Source: the human T2T-CHM13v2.0 reference genome, Homo sapiens. Taken from it: a stretch of 64,000 bases of DNA. The DNA lies in assembly GCF_009914755.1 (NCBI RefSeq), contig NC_060925.1. One strand, written 5' to 3'. A program made the translations under genes and the position numbers. This document shows positions 17,678 through 39,849 of this stretch, piece by piece. The first letter of the stretch is position 1. Each line of letters opens with the position of its first letter. The notes under the pieces are model-generated. The model was not told the DNA's origin and made no database searches. It saw only the letters and a list, made by a program, of their open reading frames with translations.

Positions 17678-18012
17678 TCACTATTAACATTTTGGACTGG
17701 TTAATTCTTTGTTTGGAGTGGCATTCTTCTGCATTGTAGCATAAACTGTTCAGCAGCATCCTGGCCTCTAACAACTAGATACCAGTGGCACAACTCCCTC
17801 TCCTCCAATTGTCACAGCACTGGTGCAGTAGCTTGCACCGGTAGTCCCAGCTATTCTGGAGGCTGAGGTGGGAGGATCACTTGAGCCCCAGGAGTTGAAG
17901 TTCAGCCTGGGCAACATAGTGAAACCCTGTCTTTTAAAAACAAAAAGTCTCTAGAATTTCAAATGTCCTGTGGGGGAGAGGGGGCAAAATCTCTCCCAGT
18001 TTTAAACAATTG
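17678..18012. mobile_element. MER20 hAT fossil interrupted by a FLAM-type Alu monomer (~17820-17942)
   Basis: cactattaacattttggac...cagcagcatcctggcctcta and caaatgtcctgtggggg...caaaatc halves flank an Alu monomer. Confidence 0.7.
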
Positions 18013-18105
18013 TTTAAGAGGGGGGTATGGGGGCCAGATTTTTAAAGGACCTTGGGTACTAAGTTAAGCCATATATTTAGGCATTTCTTAAAAACAGACT
18101 GGGTA

Positions 18106-18487
<382 letters not shown>

Positions 18488-18628
18488 TCATCTCTGGAAT
18501 GGGTAAACTGGAATAATAACTTATATTTTACAAAATAATCCCAGCTAAATAAAATGATGTGATATAATTAGTTGCTTGGTATGTGAGCTATTTGGAAAGA
18601 CTGTTAATATTGTTAATCTTATTTTTAG

Positions 18629-18726
18629 GTGTGCTGATTCTCTTCCTTACTTTTTTTGCCTTTTTGCACTGCTGGCTCAATGCCTTTGCTGAGATGTTAC
18701 GCTTTGGTGACAGGATGTTCTATAAG
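18629..18726 (+). CDS. SOAT1: SOAT1 exon 12, [32 protein letters not shown]
   Basis: tttag|GT acceptor, TATAAG|gtagta donor; 98 nt. Confidence 0.97.
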
Positions 18727-19788
18727 GTAGTATATACTTAGACTTAGCTTTCTTTTTACATTTTATTAACTTCTTCATTATTAGTATTTTGACATTGTTG
18801 GCTAATGTCACCAGCCTTTCACACAAACATTGTGAAATAATTTTCTTTTCTACAAGTTTTGCCAGTATTTTCTGAAATTCGGTTACAGATATAACTAGCA
18901 TAACCTTGTGTTTTCTTCTGTCTCTAATATCTGCTCCCTTAACATAAGCACATGGTTTCTGCTGGATCCTGCAAGGATATATTGGTGATTCCAGTAGGAA
19001 ACTGTTTGTTCAGAGCACACCATGAGACTTCCCTGAGTGTTCATTCATTTGAAATGGACCGTCTAGTTCTGTAGGAATGACCTCAGCAAATTATTCCATT
19101 TAAGACAATTGAGCAGTTCATGAGGGAAATAACTTTTCCCTCTTTAGTTTTGAAAGGTGTTAATTTTGCTTCAGATAGTATCCTTATGCTTCTAAAGTTG
19201 GAATTAAGCTATAGAATTAGAGTCAGAATGGCTCATAGCATTCTTTAACCCTACCTAAAGCTCTCTTTGAGTTGTTTTTGGCAACACTCCAAGTCTACCA
19301 CCTTTTTTCTCAAAGAAACTTTAAGTGTGGATTGCAGATTTTAGATACCTGATTTCATTCATCTGATCTTAATATTGGGAGCAAGAAGCATATATAGGGA
19401 TACCAGGACTTTGAGGTAGCCACCATCTCACCCTGGATAATTTTGCCATTTATGGTAACCACCAAACAGCTCTCTAGTGTTAGCACTCTCTCTGGTCTTC
19501 ATGACCATAGAATTTTCTCATGACATTCTAGTAGGGTAAGGGGGGTGGGGCTTACTGATTGCTGTTTAGATGAACATTAGATTTAAATGATTCTATGTGT
19601 TCCGTATGAACCTAGGAACTAAATCATATATAGTATGAGAATTCATGTCATATTCAACACTAATAACCAAAATGCCTTTGAAGATTTTTCTGTCACCAGT
19701 GTATGAACCAACAGTTTATCACAGTATAATTTGATTTTTCTGTTACATATGTTCTTTGGGAAGTCAGGGGGGTTTGCTTTCGGGTGGG

Positions 19789-19790
<2 letters not shown>

Positions 19791-19838
<48 letters not shown>
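19791..19838. repeat. (GT)24 microsatellite
   Basis: Perfect dinucleotide run. Confidence 0.99.
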
Positions 19839-19840
<2 letters not shown>

Positions 19841-19866
19841 TTTTATACCTTTACTTTTTCCCTCAG

Positions 19867-19965
19867 GATTGGTGGAACTCCACGTCATACTCCAACTATT
19901 ATAGAACCTGGAATGTGGTGGTCCATGACTGGCTATATTACTATGCTTACAAGGACTTTCTCTGG
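19867..19965 (+). CDS. SOAT1: SOAT1 exon 13, [33 protein letters not shown]
   Basis: ctcag|GAT acceptor, CTCTGG|gtaagt donor; 99 nt, phase 0-0; completes the FYxDWWN motif and contains N421 and H425. Confidence 0.98.
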
Positions 19966-20300
19966 GTAAGTAGCAAGGTTTAAGTTGATATTATTTATGA
20001 AATGGAGATTCTTTTTCAGAAAGTATGAGTATTATACAGCTGGAAGAAGTTATATTTAATTGCTCATGAGGAAAGGGTGATAGTATCTTTTCAGTTTTCT
20101 TTTGAGAAATTTACATCTAGAAACCTGCTTTGAATGGTACTGCTTAGAAACCACTGTGTGTACACTAGTAGGTCTAATACTGTGTCTTTTGCTCTGAATT
20201 TTATCTTACATAACAAAGTAAGAATGCATGGAGGTTGTTGGAGTTGAAATGATCCACCAATAATGGATAGTTTCTTATGAGTCTTGTTGCCAACAAATAA

Positions 20301-20668
<368 letters not shown>

Positions 20669-21321
20669 TGAGAAACACTTTTGTGTGGATTTTGTATCTC
20701 TCCAATCAGTGACACCTGGCTTTGAGACATTCTTTAGAGCAGAATATACTTAGACTGATGAGATGTAATCTTGAATCTCCTGGTTGATAAACAGGTATCT
20801 AGATTACAGTTTTTATTAAGTGAGGGCACCATTTGGCTTAGTGACAGCATCTTATGGTGGAAATAGCATTGTATTAATATTTGAGTGCTAATTCTGTCAT
20901 TCAAGTGTAGTTTCACATACGGATAAGGCAAGTCCCTTTTCTCCTTCTGAAATCTTAGTTTTGTTATGTGTAAAAATGGAGAGGACAGTTGCCCCATCTA
21001 CCATACAGTGTTACTCTAAAGACTGAAATTCAATATGTTTCATTTATATAGGAAAACTATGTTTTGTCAGTTGTAATAACTTACAAACATAAGTTATTGA
21101 TATTTTTGAAAATAGACTCAGATATTTGAACAATAATAAGAGTTTGTAAGTGTATATGATTTGTAGTTATTTTAATAGACTTGGATTAATCCAAGGAGTA
21201 GACTTAGAAAATTAAGTACAAATACAATAGGTGCCTTTGGCATATAATTTTACATCCTATATAATCCATGCTTGCTTTAAATTTTTAAAAATTACTTTGT
21301 AGTGTTTTCCTTTTTCTTTAG

Positions 21322-21457
21322 TTTTTCTCCAAGAGATTCAAATCTGCTGCCATGTTAGCTGTCTTTGCTGTATCTGCTGTAGTACACGAATATGCCTTGG
21401 CTGTTTGCTTGAGCTTTTTCTATCCCGTGCTCTTCGTGCTCTTCATGTTCTTTGGAA
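21322..21457 (+). CDS. SOAT1: SOAT1 exon 14, [28 protein letters not shown]...FFG, with catalytic His460
   Basis: tttag|TTT acceptor, GGAA|gtaagt donor; 136 nt; CAC codon at 21385-21387 is the MBOAT catalytic His. Confidence 0.98.
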
Positions 21458-22046
21458 GTAAGTATCTTGGTATGCTGTGAGTACTGGGTACTATGCTAAA
21501 AAAGAAAACCAGATAGAAAGGAAACTATAAAATCAATGTAGGAGAACTAGATAGTAGTAGTAACATTTTAAGGTAGTACTTCTTTATCAGATGGTCAGAA
21601 TATTGACTTTGAATAATTATACACAGCTCTGTCTCAAGATATTTACACTTTGAAGTAGGGAAATGAACTAGGTAACCTCATGAAGACCATTGATAACACT
21701 GATTTGATAGGTCATAAAAGTTATCTATATAAACAGCTTTCCCATTCGTAAACATTGTCGGTATGCACCCCCTAGAAAACTGACAAGTTTTTGAGTGAGT
21801 AGAGAGGGAAAAGTTGGAATATGAATATTCTAATTCCATGAAATATATATACACATGTTCTGAAAACACTGATTTCTTGTAAGTTACTGATTTTAACACT
21901 GAAGCTTTATTTTTCTTTATAGAAACAGTGACCAGAATAAAAAAATATATAAACAGTTGTTGCTCACTGTGATTATTAAATAACAGCAGATACCTGAGGT
22001 CCCTCATCTTCTGATAAATTATGTTTTGATACCTGTATATTTCTTT

Positions 22047-22477
<431 letters not shown>

Positions 22478-22647
22478 GTGAGTCACCAACCTGGTTGGAG
22501 TGCAAAAGAACCTGTTTATTCTCTGTTTGTGAGAGTTGGTGGGCAATGTTGAGGAGCACAGTAGTGGAGATTATGATGAATTAGTGTTAAAGAGAGGGAA
22601 ATGAGGAGTAAAAGCATTAGTTTATCATCTGATCTTATTGTACTTGA

Positions 22648-23020
<373 letters not shown>

Positions 23021-23441
23021 CCCCTTCTAAGTATTCTCCAGGGTTTTCCTAATGCCATGTATGTCCCTACTACCACCACCTAAAACATACCTTTTTTTTT
23101 TTTTAAACCTCTTTCTTCTAAATAAACTCTTGTAAAAATATTGGGCAACACTGAGATCCTTCCATTTCTCTTGATTCTATTTTTGTTTTTGGTAATTCAG
23201 GTTTCATTTATTCTTAGGACTTTAGTTTTTAGCTATACATGGGTACAGATTTTAGGAGGATGGCTTTTTTTTTTTTTAAGAATTTTATTTTCAAGTAACA
23301 CAGTATAGGACATAGGAATTTCCCAGCAAACACTCTGGTTAATTTAATTGATGTGATCTGGTTAATTAGATCTACTAGCACTAGCTGAAAGTACTGCTTA
23401 TAGTTATGGATAGAATTTCATGATGGAAACACCCTAAGAAG

Positions 23442-23647
23442 TAGGATTGCCAGGCTTTTTGTGCATATAGGGCGTGTCCTATATTTAACATTTTTGTCCT
23501 GCCTCCTGTATTGGGTTTCTTAGAACACCCCAAATGTCCTATATTCTGCTTTTTTCAGTAAATTACAAAAAATATGGCAGATAGAGCTATTTGTCTCAAG
23601 TTCATCTCGGCATCCTGTACTTGTATTTGCTAAATTTGGTGGCCCTA
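23442..23647. mobile_element. Small hAT element (MER53-like)
   Basis: Imperfect TIRs taggattgccag / ttggtggcccta; 8-bp flanks ctaagaag and ctaataat match 6/8. Confidence 0.5.
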
Positions 23648-24059
23648 CTAATAATTCATTCAATCCCTACAACCTTCCAGGTTTGGAGGGGATACCTTCT
23701 TGATTTATTTCCTGGGTATTTCTCATAGGCATCTGTAACTGAAGATGTCCATAATGAAATTAATCAGTTTCCTCTCCAAAGCTTCCCCTCTTTCTGTGTA
23801 CCCTATGTCTGTTAGGCTGCCTCAACTCTCCCTCTTTATTTCATATTAATCTCCTTTGTTCATCTGAAGTAATTGCTCTTGACTGTCCCTGGTCACCTGG
23901 ATTCCACATGTCAGATTTTATTCTCCTATCAAAATCCAGTTTGGATGCCACATCTTCCATGATGATTTTTCAAATGCTTGCTTCCCTCTCTTTCCTATTT
24001 CTGAACTTTTGTAGTGCTTCATTTGCTCCTCCTTTGATAGTTCAGTAATTTTAAACCTT

Positions 24060-24316
24060 GTATTAGTCATTTTTATATATATGTCATTTATGTATATATT
24101 AGTCATTTATATATGTGTATATATAATATATATTTATATTTATATATTTATTTATATATTATATATTAACTAATATATACTAATATTTAGTACCTTAAAA
24201 TCTAAATGGTGGTTATATATAAATATATATATATTTATATATATAAATATATATATTTTTATATATATATATCTATTTGTCGTCCTTAACCACCATTTAG
24301 ATTTTAAGGTACTAAA
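24060..24316. repeat. AT-rich low-complexity block with a perfect 30-bp inverted repeat
   Basis: 24186-24215 is the exact reverse complement of 24287-24316. Confidence 0.95.
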
Positions 24317-24632
24317 AGTAGGGCTGTGCTAAAATAAAGATACAGAAAGAAATAGTGCCTATTTAGAAACTGGTCAAAGTCCACACAATTGTGTATAGTT
24401 TACTGGACTTTAAAAGCTTTATGTGAAGCACCTAATTGAATAAATCTGTGTTATAGATAAAAGTACTGAACATCTTTTGAATTAGTGAGCTGCTTATACC
24501 TTGAGGGTTGTTGAAATGGTGGGAGGCATTTTAGAGATGTACAATGTATCATATTAACATCCCTGCCTATCTCCACACCTCCTCTACTCTGTACACAAAT
24601 TATTTTTCCATTCTTATTTTTCCCCACTGCAG

Positions 24633-24689
24633 CCCACATTTTTGGATTATGTCCGGCCACGTTCCTGGACTTGTCGTTACGTGTTTTAG
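24633..24689 (+). CDS. SOAT1: SOAT1 last coding exon (16), [18 protein letters not shown]-stop
   Basis: tgcag|CCC acceptor; TAG at 24687-24689; summed exon lengths put the stop at codon 551, as expected for the 550-aa protein. Confidence 0.98.
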
Positions 24690-25023
24690 AAGCTTGGACT
24701 TTGTTTCCTCCTTGTCACTGAAGATTGGGTAGCTCCCTGATTTGGAGCCAGCTGTTTCCAGTTGTTACTGAAGTTATCTGTGTTATTTGGACCACTCCAG
24801 GCTTTACAGATGACTCACTCCATTCCTAGGTCACTTGAAGCCAAACTGTTGGAAGTTCACTGGAGTCTTGTACACTTAAGCAGAGCAGAACTTTTTTTGT
24901 GGGGCTGGGTGGGGGGAGAAGACCGACTAACAGCTGAAGTAATGACAGATTGTTGCTGGGTCATATCAGCTTTATCCCTTGGTAATTATATCTGTTTTGT
25001 TTCTTGACTCTGTCCAATCAGAG

Positions 25024-25765
25024 AATAAACATCATAGTTTCTTGGCCACTGAATTAGCCAAAACACTTAGGAAGAAATCACTTAAATACCTCTGGCTTAG
25101 AAATTTTTTCATGCACACTGTTGGAATGTATGCTAATTGAACATGCAATTGGGGAAGAAAAAATGTAGAATGATTTTTGCTATTTCTAGTAGAAAGAAAA
25201 TGTCTGTTTTCCAAAGATAATGTTATACATCCTATTTTGTAATTTTTTTGAAAAAAGTTCAATGTTCAGTTTTCCTTAGTTTTTACCTTGTTTTCTCTAT
25301 AGGTCATGATTTCTGTGAAGCAAAAAGATGCCTTTTACCATGAATTCTTGAGTTTACATCAATAATATTGTATATTAAGGGGATCAGAAGTAGGAAGGAA
25401 AAAATAAGAGATAGCAGAGGAAAAAGAAAAACATTTCCTCTTATAACTTCTGAAGTAATTTGTAAAAAAGATTTGTAGAGTCAATCATGTGTTTAAATTA
25501 TTTTATCACAAACTTAACATGGAAGATATTCCTTTTTAACTTTGTGGTAACTTCTTTGAAGTTATTTAGAAATATCCTTTGGAACAATTATTTTATTGTC
25601 TAATAAATATTGACTTCTCTTGAATTATTTTGCAGACTAGTGAGTCTGTACCATAAGTATTAATCACCTCCACTCATATTAAAGTGATCATTAAGAATCC
25701 AGAAGCTGGCTTCTGCATTTGCTCAGTTATACTTTTAATGGTAGTATGTTTTTAGGTGGAATAAA
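25024..25765 (+). terminator. Cluster of proximal AATAAA poly(A) signal candidates (25024, 25602, 25760)
   Basis: Hexamers read directly; usage cannot be determined from sequence. Confidence 0.4.
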
Positions 25766-26380
25766 TTAATATGTGATTGGTTTCAAGGAAATGTACTCTA
25801 TTATGTAATACTTCCATTTTATAAGATGCCCATTTCTAATACAATGTGTGTAGGAATTATTTGTATGTATGAGGTATGATTGTAAAGATTGAGCATTGGA
25901 AGGGGTATCAGAGACCATGTAGTTCAACTTTCCACTCAAAGTAAGATTTATGAATTATTTAAATGATAGTTGTTACTTGGAACAGCCACTTGAGAGGCTC
26001 TCTTGGTATTGTTTGGAATTGTTTTAAAGTCAGTTTGAGTCTCACAAGAAGGTAAGTAGAGTTTCTTAATAGTCACAACTTAATTTGAACCACAAGTATC
26101 CAGCTTAATCACGTATCTTACTCACGATACCACTGGTCCAGATGAGTTTAGGTAATTTTCAAACATTAAATCCAACTTCAACGGAAACAAATACACTCAA
26201 GGGAAGTTATTTTTAAAAAGGTACTCTGCATGTTCCCGCAGTAATGTTCTGCACAACAGTATTGTAATTGTAATGGAATCATAACCTGCTAACTAGTTTG
26301 CTTTAATATGGCTTGTAATTCTTGACATTTTTCTTAAAATTAAAACGAATTTTTATTTTGAATTTATAACTGCATTTTAA

Positions 26381-28995
<2,615 letters not shown>

Positions 28996-29705
28996 TTACA
29001 TATAAGCCCGGTTTAAAGAGAGGATAATATGCAACCACCCTAGTTGAAACAGAGTGTATCACTTCTTTCTCACCCTAAATTTAATGCCTAGTTTGAAAAT
29101 CAGTAGACAATAATAAAGTTGATAAGCTTTAGGTTGGTAGGAAAGCTATGTAATCTATATAGTGTACTAAATCCTTATATGTTTTTGGTAAAAAAAGACT
29201 TTAATAGCTAATTTGGACTTCAGAAAATGGGTTAATTTCACGAGTGCATATCACTTTTGACTATATTAGTCAAGCATATTATTAAAGTTTAAAAAACTCT
29301 AAAACTTCTGTACTGTTTTTTTCTTAAGTGCTCTCTTCCTTATTTCTACATTACTACATTCACATTTCTGCTGTCAATAAGCCCTAATGGAGTGATAAAC
29401 TTTAAGCTAGTAGATACTGCACCATGTCTTGTGGTGGTGTTTTCTTAATGAAATGGAAGCTGTACTTCCTGTTTGTTTTTAAATACTTTTGAAACAGACA
29501 GTTCATGTACCCCATCATTTAGAGATGCAGTTTGAATTTCCATGGAAAAAGGTGCCAATTTTGGATTGGGAAAGGAGCTGAAGCCCCAGTCAAGACTTTG
29601 CCATTTGGGGTAATGCAGCAGATTCCTGTGTCTGTATCTTTCCAGTGTGTGTGTTAATCCATAGTGTTCTGAGCACCAGAAGGGTCATGTAAATCTGAAG
29701 TTGTT

Positions 29706-29711
29706 ATTAAA
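29706..29711 (+). terminator. Candidate distal SOAT1 poly(A) signal ATTAAA
   Basis: ATTAAA followed by a U-rich downstream element (gtcttttctgattcattcttgtatgtt). Confidence 0.5.
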
Positions 29712-29867
29712 GGTTTTTCTATAGTGAAAGATGTCTTTTCTGATTCATTCTTGTATGTTACTTTCCTGAATTGCTATTCCCTCTGCCCCCTGCAAGTCCT
29801 TGTCTGATCACTGGTACCAATACTTTGTTTAGTATGAGTTGTATTAGCATTAACTTAAAAATTTTTA

Positions 29868-33925
<4,058 letters not shown>

Positions 33926-34131
33926 TCATCCGTTCAACTTTAACGTAGGCCTTTGCCGAGAGCTTCATACCCATGTATTAATGTATAATCAAATAGTTAC
34001 TTTTCATTCCCATCCAGATATCTCAATCTTACTGCAAACTTAATATATCCACAGTCCTAAACGTATCCTTCTCCAAAGCCCTCCTCCAAATCTGGTCTTC
34101 CTCCTTTGTTTCCAGTCTTAGTAAATTGTAT

Positions 34132-34658
34132 TGTTACAGGAAATGGGGTTCAGATTCAGACCCCAAGAGAGAGTTTTTAGATCTTGCACAAGAAAGAATT
34201 CAGGGCGAGTCCACAGTGCAAAGCAAGTTTATTAGGAAAATAAAGAAAAAAAGAATGGCTACTCCATAGAGCAGCCCTGAGGGTTGCTGGTTACCCATTT
34301 TTATGGTTATTTCTTGATGATATGCTAAACAAGGGGTGGATTATTCATTCTTCCCCTTTTCAGACCATAAAGGGTAACTTCCCGACATTCCCATGGTATT
34401 TGTAAACTGTCATGGCGCTGGTGGGAGTATAGCAGTGAGGACGGCCAGAGGTCACTCTCGTGGCCATCTAGGTTTTGGTGGGTTTTAGCCGGCTTCTTTA
34501 CTGCGACCTGTTTTATCAGCAAGGTCTTTATGACTTGCTATCTCATCCTGTGACTTAGAATGCCTTAACCATCTGGGAACGCAGCCAAGTAGGTTTCAGC
34601 CTTATTTTACCCAGTGCCTATTCAAGATGGAGTTGCTATGGTTCAAACTCCTCTGACA
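34132..34658 (-). mobile_element. MER41 solo LTR (MER41A-like)
   Basis: tgttacaggaaa...gaccccaagagag...caagaaagaattcagggcgagtcc...cctctgaca matches the recalled MER41 consensus; flanks GTAT/TTAT. Confidence 0.88.
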
Positions 34659-35225
34659 TTATGTATGATCACCATACCACAGCACAAGACAGAAAAGAGA
34701 CCTTTGATGTCTCACAGATCTAATCACTTCCTAAATCCTTTAGATTATACTTTATGTGTTTTTCTAGAATGTGTTCACTTATTTCTATCTGCTTTCTTAA
34801 TACTGTACTTGGATTTTTTTGAACTAGGTTAAGAATACAAAAGATGGATAATTTTGTGTGCTCTATAATGCTATTATGTGTATTTTAATTCTTTGAAAAA
34901 TTAGGGTAATGGGAGATAAGGCTAAAGGCTAAAATGCTAACACACCCAACATGTTTGATCGGAAGAGTTCAAAGGGACCATGTAGACTTGTTTTGAACCC
35001 TTTGCTCGAATATCTCACAGCTATTACACTCAAAACCAGAAAATAGCCGTAATTCTGTCAACACAGAAGAGAACTGTCCAACTGATTTTCATGTTTGTCC
35101 AGGCACTGTACTTGGTGCTAAGGAATATGGTGATTGAATAAGATAAAGTTTCCTCCCTGTCTGGAAGCAACTAGACGCTGGGCTTCTCCCAGCGATTCAT
35201 TATTTGGCACTAAATCTCTGCCTTA

Positions 35226-36638
<1,413 letters not shown>

Positions 36639-36699
36639 AGAAAAATATGCAAAGCAACAAAAAAGAGAGCTAGAAAGATGGAAACAACTCAGAAGACCC

Positions 36700-37350
36700 T
36701 TGCTTAACCCGCGTGCGTCACGGGCTACAGGGGTCGGCCCCTCGAGCTAACCCCCACCGGCGCCTGCGCACTGGCCTGGCCCGCGGCAGGAAGCCCCGGC
36801 GTGAGACACTTTCGGATTCCGTGACAACGGCGGGATTAAACGTTTTTCTTCTCCTTTGCTACTGAACCTATGCTGTGACTTAGAACATAAGAAACTCCGA
36901 GAGGGTGTAGGGATTGTCTTAGCTGTCTCCCTCCTCCGCCGGCACCGCTGAAGGCAGCCCCTATGGAGGGCGCTAAACCTCGGGGCCCTGGGTTTCTATG
37001 ACGACAAACAGGCGTTCCAGCAAAGGAGGAAGTGAGCGGATGCTGGGCGGGTACGCAATGTGTGGGTAGGATCGCGGGTGTCCCTTTCCCGTCATTTTAA
37101 ACCAAGAAGCAGTGCGAGGCCTGCCCAACTCGCGAGTTTGTGGAACTGGCGCGCGAGAGCGCTGCCTGTGGGGAAGGTATGGTCCCCAGCCGAGCCGCCT
37201 GCAGCGAGTGTCCCCCACCAGGGGTGCCGGCGGTCTGCGGGGTCCGCCGAGCGGGTCCTTCCTGCCCTGCTCCTTGACCCCGACCTGACGGTCCACTAAG
37301 GCTTCTTAGTCGCTACACATAACCCCAGAACATAGAGGTCGCCCCGAAGA
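36700..37350. promoter_or_regulatory. CpG-island promoter of AXDND1
   Basis: High GC and CpG density in non-repeat sequence upstream of the first coding exon; NRF1-like GCGCCTGCGCA (~36760-36770), X-box-like sites, ETS-like GAGGAAGTG (~37026-37034). Confidence 0.85.
37000..37176 (+). other. AXDND1: Probable non-coding first exon of AXDND1 (start approximate)
   Basis: Good donor GAAG|gtatgg at 37176/37177 inside the CpG island; next strong acceptor at 37453; TSS not determinable. Confidence 0.5.
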
Positions 37351-37559
37351 AGGAGAACCATGCTAGATGAATTCTAAACTGCGATCTGAACCTAAGTACT
37401 CAATAGTTGTCATCTTTTTTTTTTTTTTTAAATCTTTTTTCCTCTGCCTGCAGGACTATGTGGCAGCCTGCAAGTCCCAGTGCGGCGCTGATTTGTGTCT
37501 AAATTAGCTTTCCGGAGGACTATTTCAAATTACTAAAGAGATAGGAGGCATTGTTTATT

Positions 37560-37656
37560 ATGTCTCTCCCGAAAACGCCCTCCACCCCGCTAAACTCTAC
37601 ATCAACATCTGAGAGCAAAAAGTTAAAAGTGTCTGTAGCCAAGGAAGGGACAAGAG
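37560..37656 (+). CDS. AXDND1: AXDND1 first coding exon (exon starts 37454), MSLPKTPSTPLNSTSTSESKKLKVSVAKEGTR
   Basis: Long polypyrimidine tract with cag|G acceptor at 37453/37454; ATG at 37560; AGAG|gtaaac donor; N-terminus recognised; gene order SOAT1-AXDND1. Confidence 0.9.
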
Positions 37657-37923
37657 GTAAACTTCGTTGATTCTGAAGTCATAAACAGTCATGGCCGTAA
37701 GACAGAAATCACCTTCCATTCACCGGTTTTTTAAATCTGATATTCAGAATACCTTGATTGGCTACATTTTTCTAACACACTTGCTTAAATAAAGCAAGAA
37801 GTCATTCCTTTTACAGTATTTTGAGTCAGAGTACTGTTTCACTACTCCATCTAAATACAGTTTATACTTTTTTTCAAATGTTGATTTATATATGATTTTA
37901 AATTCAACCTATTTTAAATATCA

Positions 37924-38839
<916 letters not shown>

Positions 38840-39849
38840 TTAGTACAATGTGCCAATTTGTATTAGCTTTTAGTAATTTTTCTAAATGAGAGCAATTCCT
38901 TAAGATTTTCGTTCATATGCGGATCTGTACTAGAGTCAGCTAGTGTTATCCTTACCCGGTTCTGTTAAAGCTTTTCCCATCTCACCTGCACCTTGTACTA
39001 AAACCCCAAGCCCCACCCAACTTTTTTTTTTTTCTTCTGTTTCTTTTGATCTCAAGCTCTCAGGAGATTTGGTAATGTAAACCCTAACAACTTTTGATAG
39101 TAATCAAAGCATGATACCTCCTTATAGAAATAAACATAAACCATACCATGTTACAGGCATAGATTAAGAAGAATAACAACTCAACCCTACCTGACTGACT
39201 TCATAGGAGGGCTTTTCCTACATTATCCCAACTACCTGCCTTTATTACTCCCCTGCCCTAGTCAAGCAGGGTAGAACACTCTTTTTACAGTTCCCATTCC
39301 ACAGATTTGTCAGCTCAGATTGTTCCACTCTCATTTGCAACAATCCCAGTTCCATCTTTACTTTTAAGCCCAACCCAGAGCCTTTCCACTCTATAAATGC
39401 CTCGATTTAATGCAATTATTCTCACCTTTGAATTCATGTAAGAAAAAAATTACTAAATAATTTGACAGCTTGGGGGGAGAGATTTGTGATTTTCATATGA
39501 AAGGGAAAATAGACATTCATTCCTGTCTTCTTAAGGCTCTCCCAGTTACCTGAGCAAGTGAAATGAGTTTAGTTTTCAACTTTGAATTGAGAATCATGCA
39601 GGTTCATCTTGGTACCTGAGTTTTTGAAACTGTGTCTGATGTAATGTGAGTAGGGTAGGCAAGATGAATGTTATTTTCCTTGACTAGATGATGTTCACTG
39701 TTTTCAATATTATTTGTTACTATCTTTGTCAAATAGAAGCAATGTTTCTCTCTGTTAGAAACAGATGGGATTGATGAGGCAGTCTGAGAAGCTCCATCTA
39801 ACTTAAAAAAATATATAGTAAGAGTTTTTCTTTTCCACTACTTACTTAG

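Noticed and set aside
24901-24916. RNA G-quadruplex in the proximal SOAT1 3' UTR (GGGGCTGGGTGGGGGG)
   Set aside because: Only three separated G-runs; a three-tier G4 would need a zero-length loop, so support is weak.
34132-34658. MER41 as an interferon-gamma/STAT1 enhancer for SOAT1
   Set aside because: The copy reads ggattattcattcttcccctttt where MER41B carries its tandem GAS motifs. It looks like the GAS-less MER41A type, so no STAT1 site is supported.
36973-37299. 107-aa (-) and 79-aa (+) ORFs in the CpG island
   Set aside because: Stop-poor GC-rich sequence yields such ORFs by chance, and the real CDS starts at 37560.
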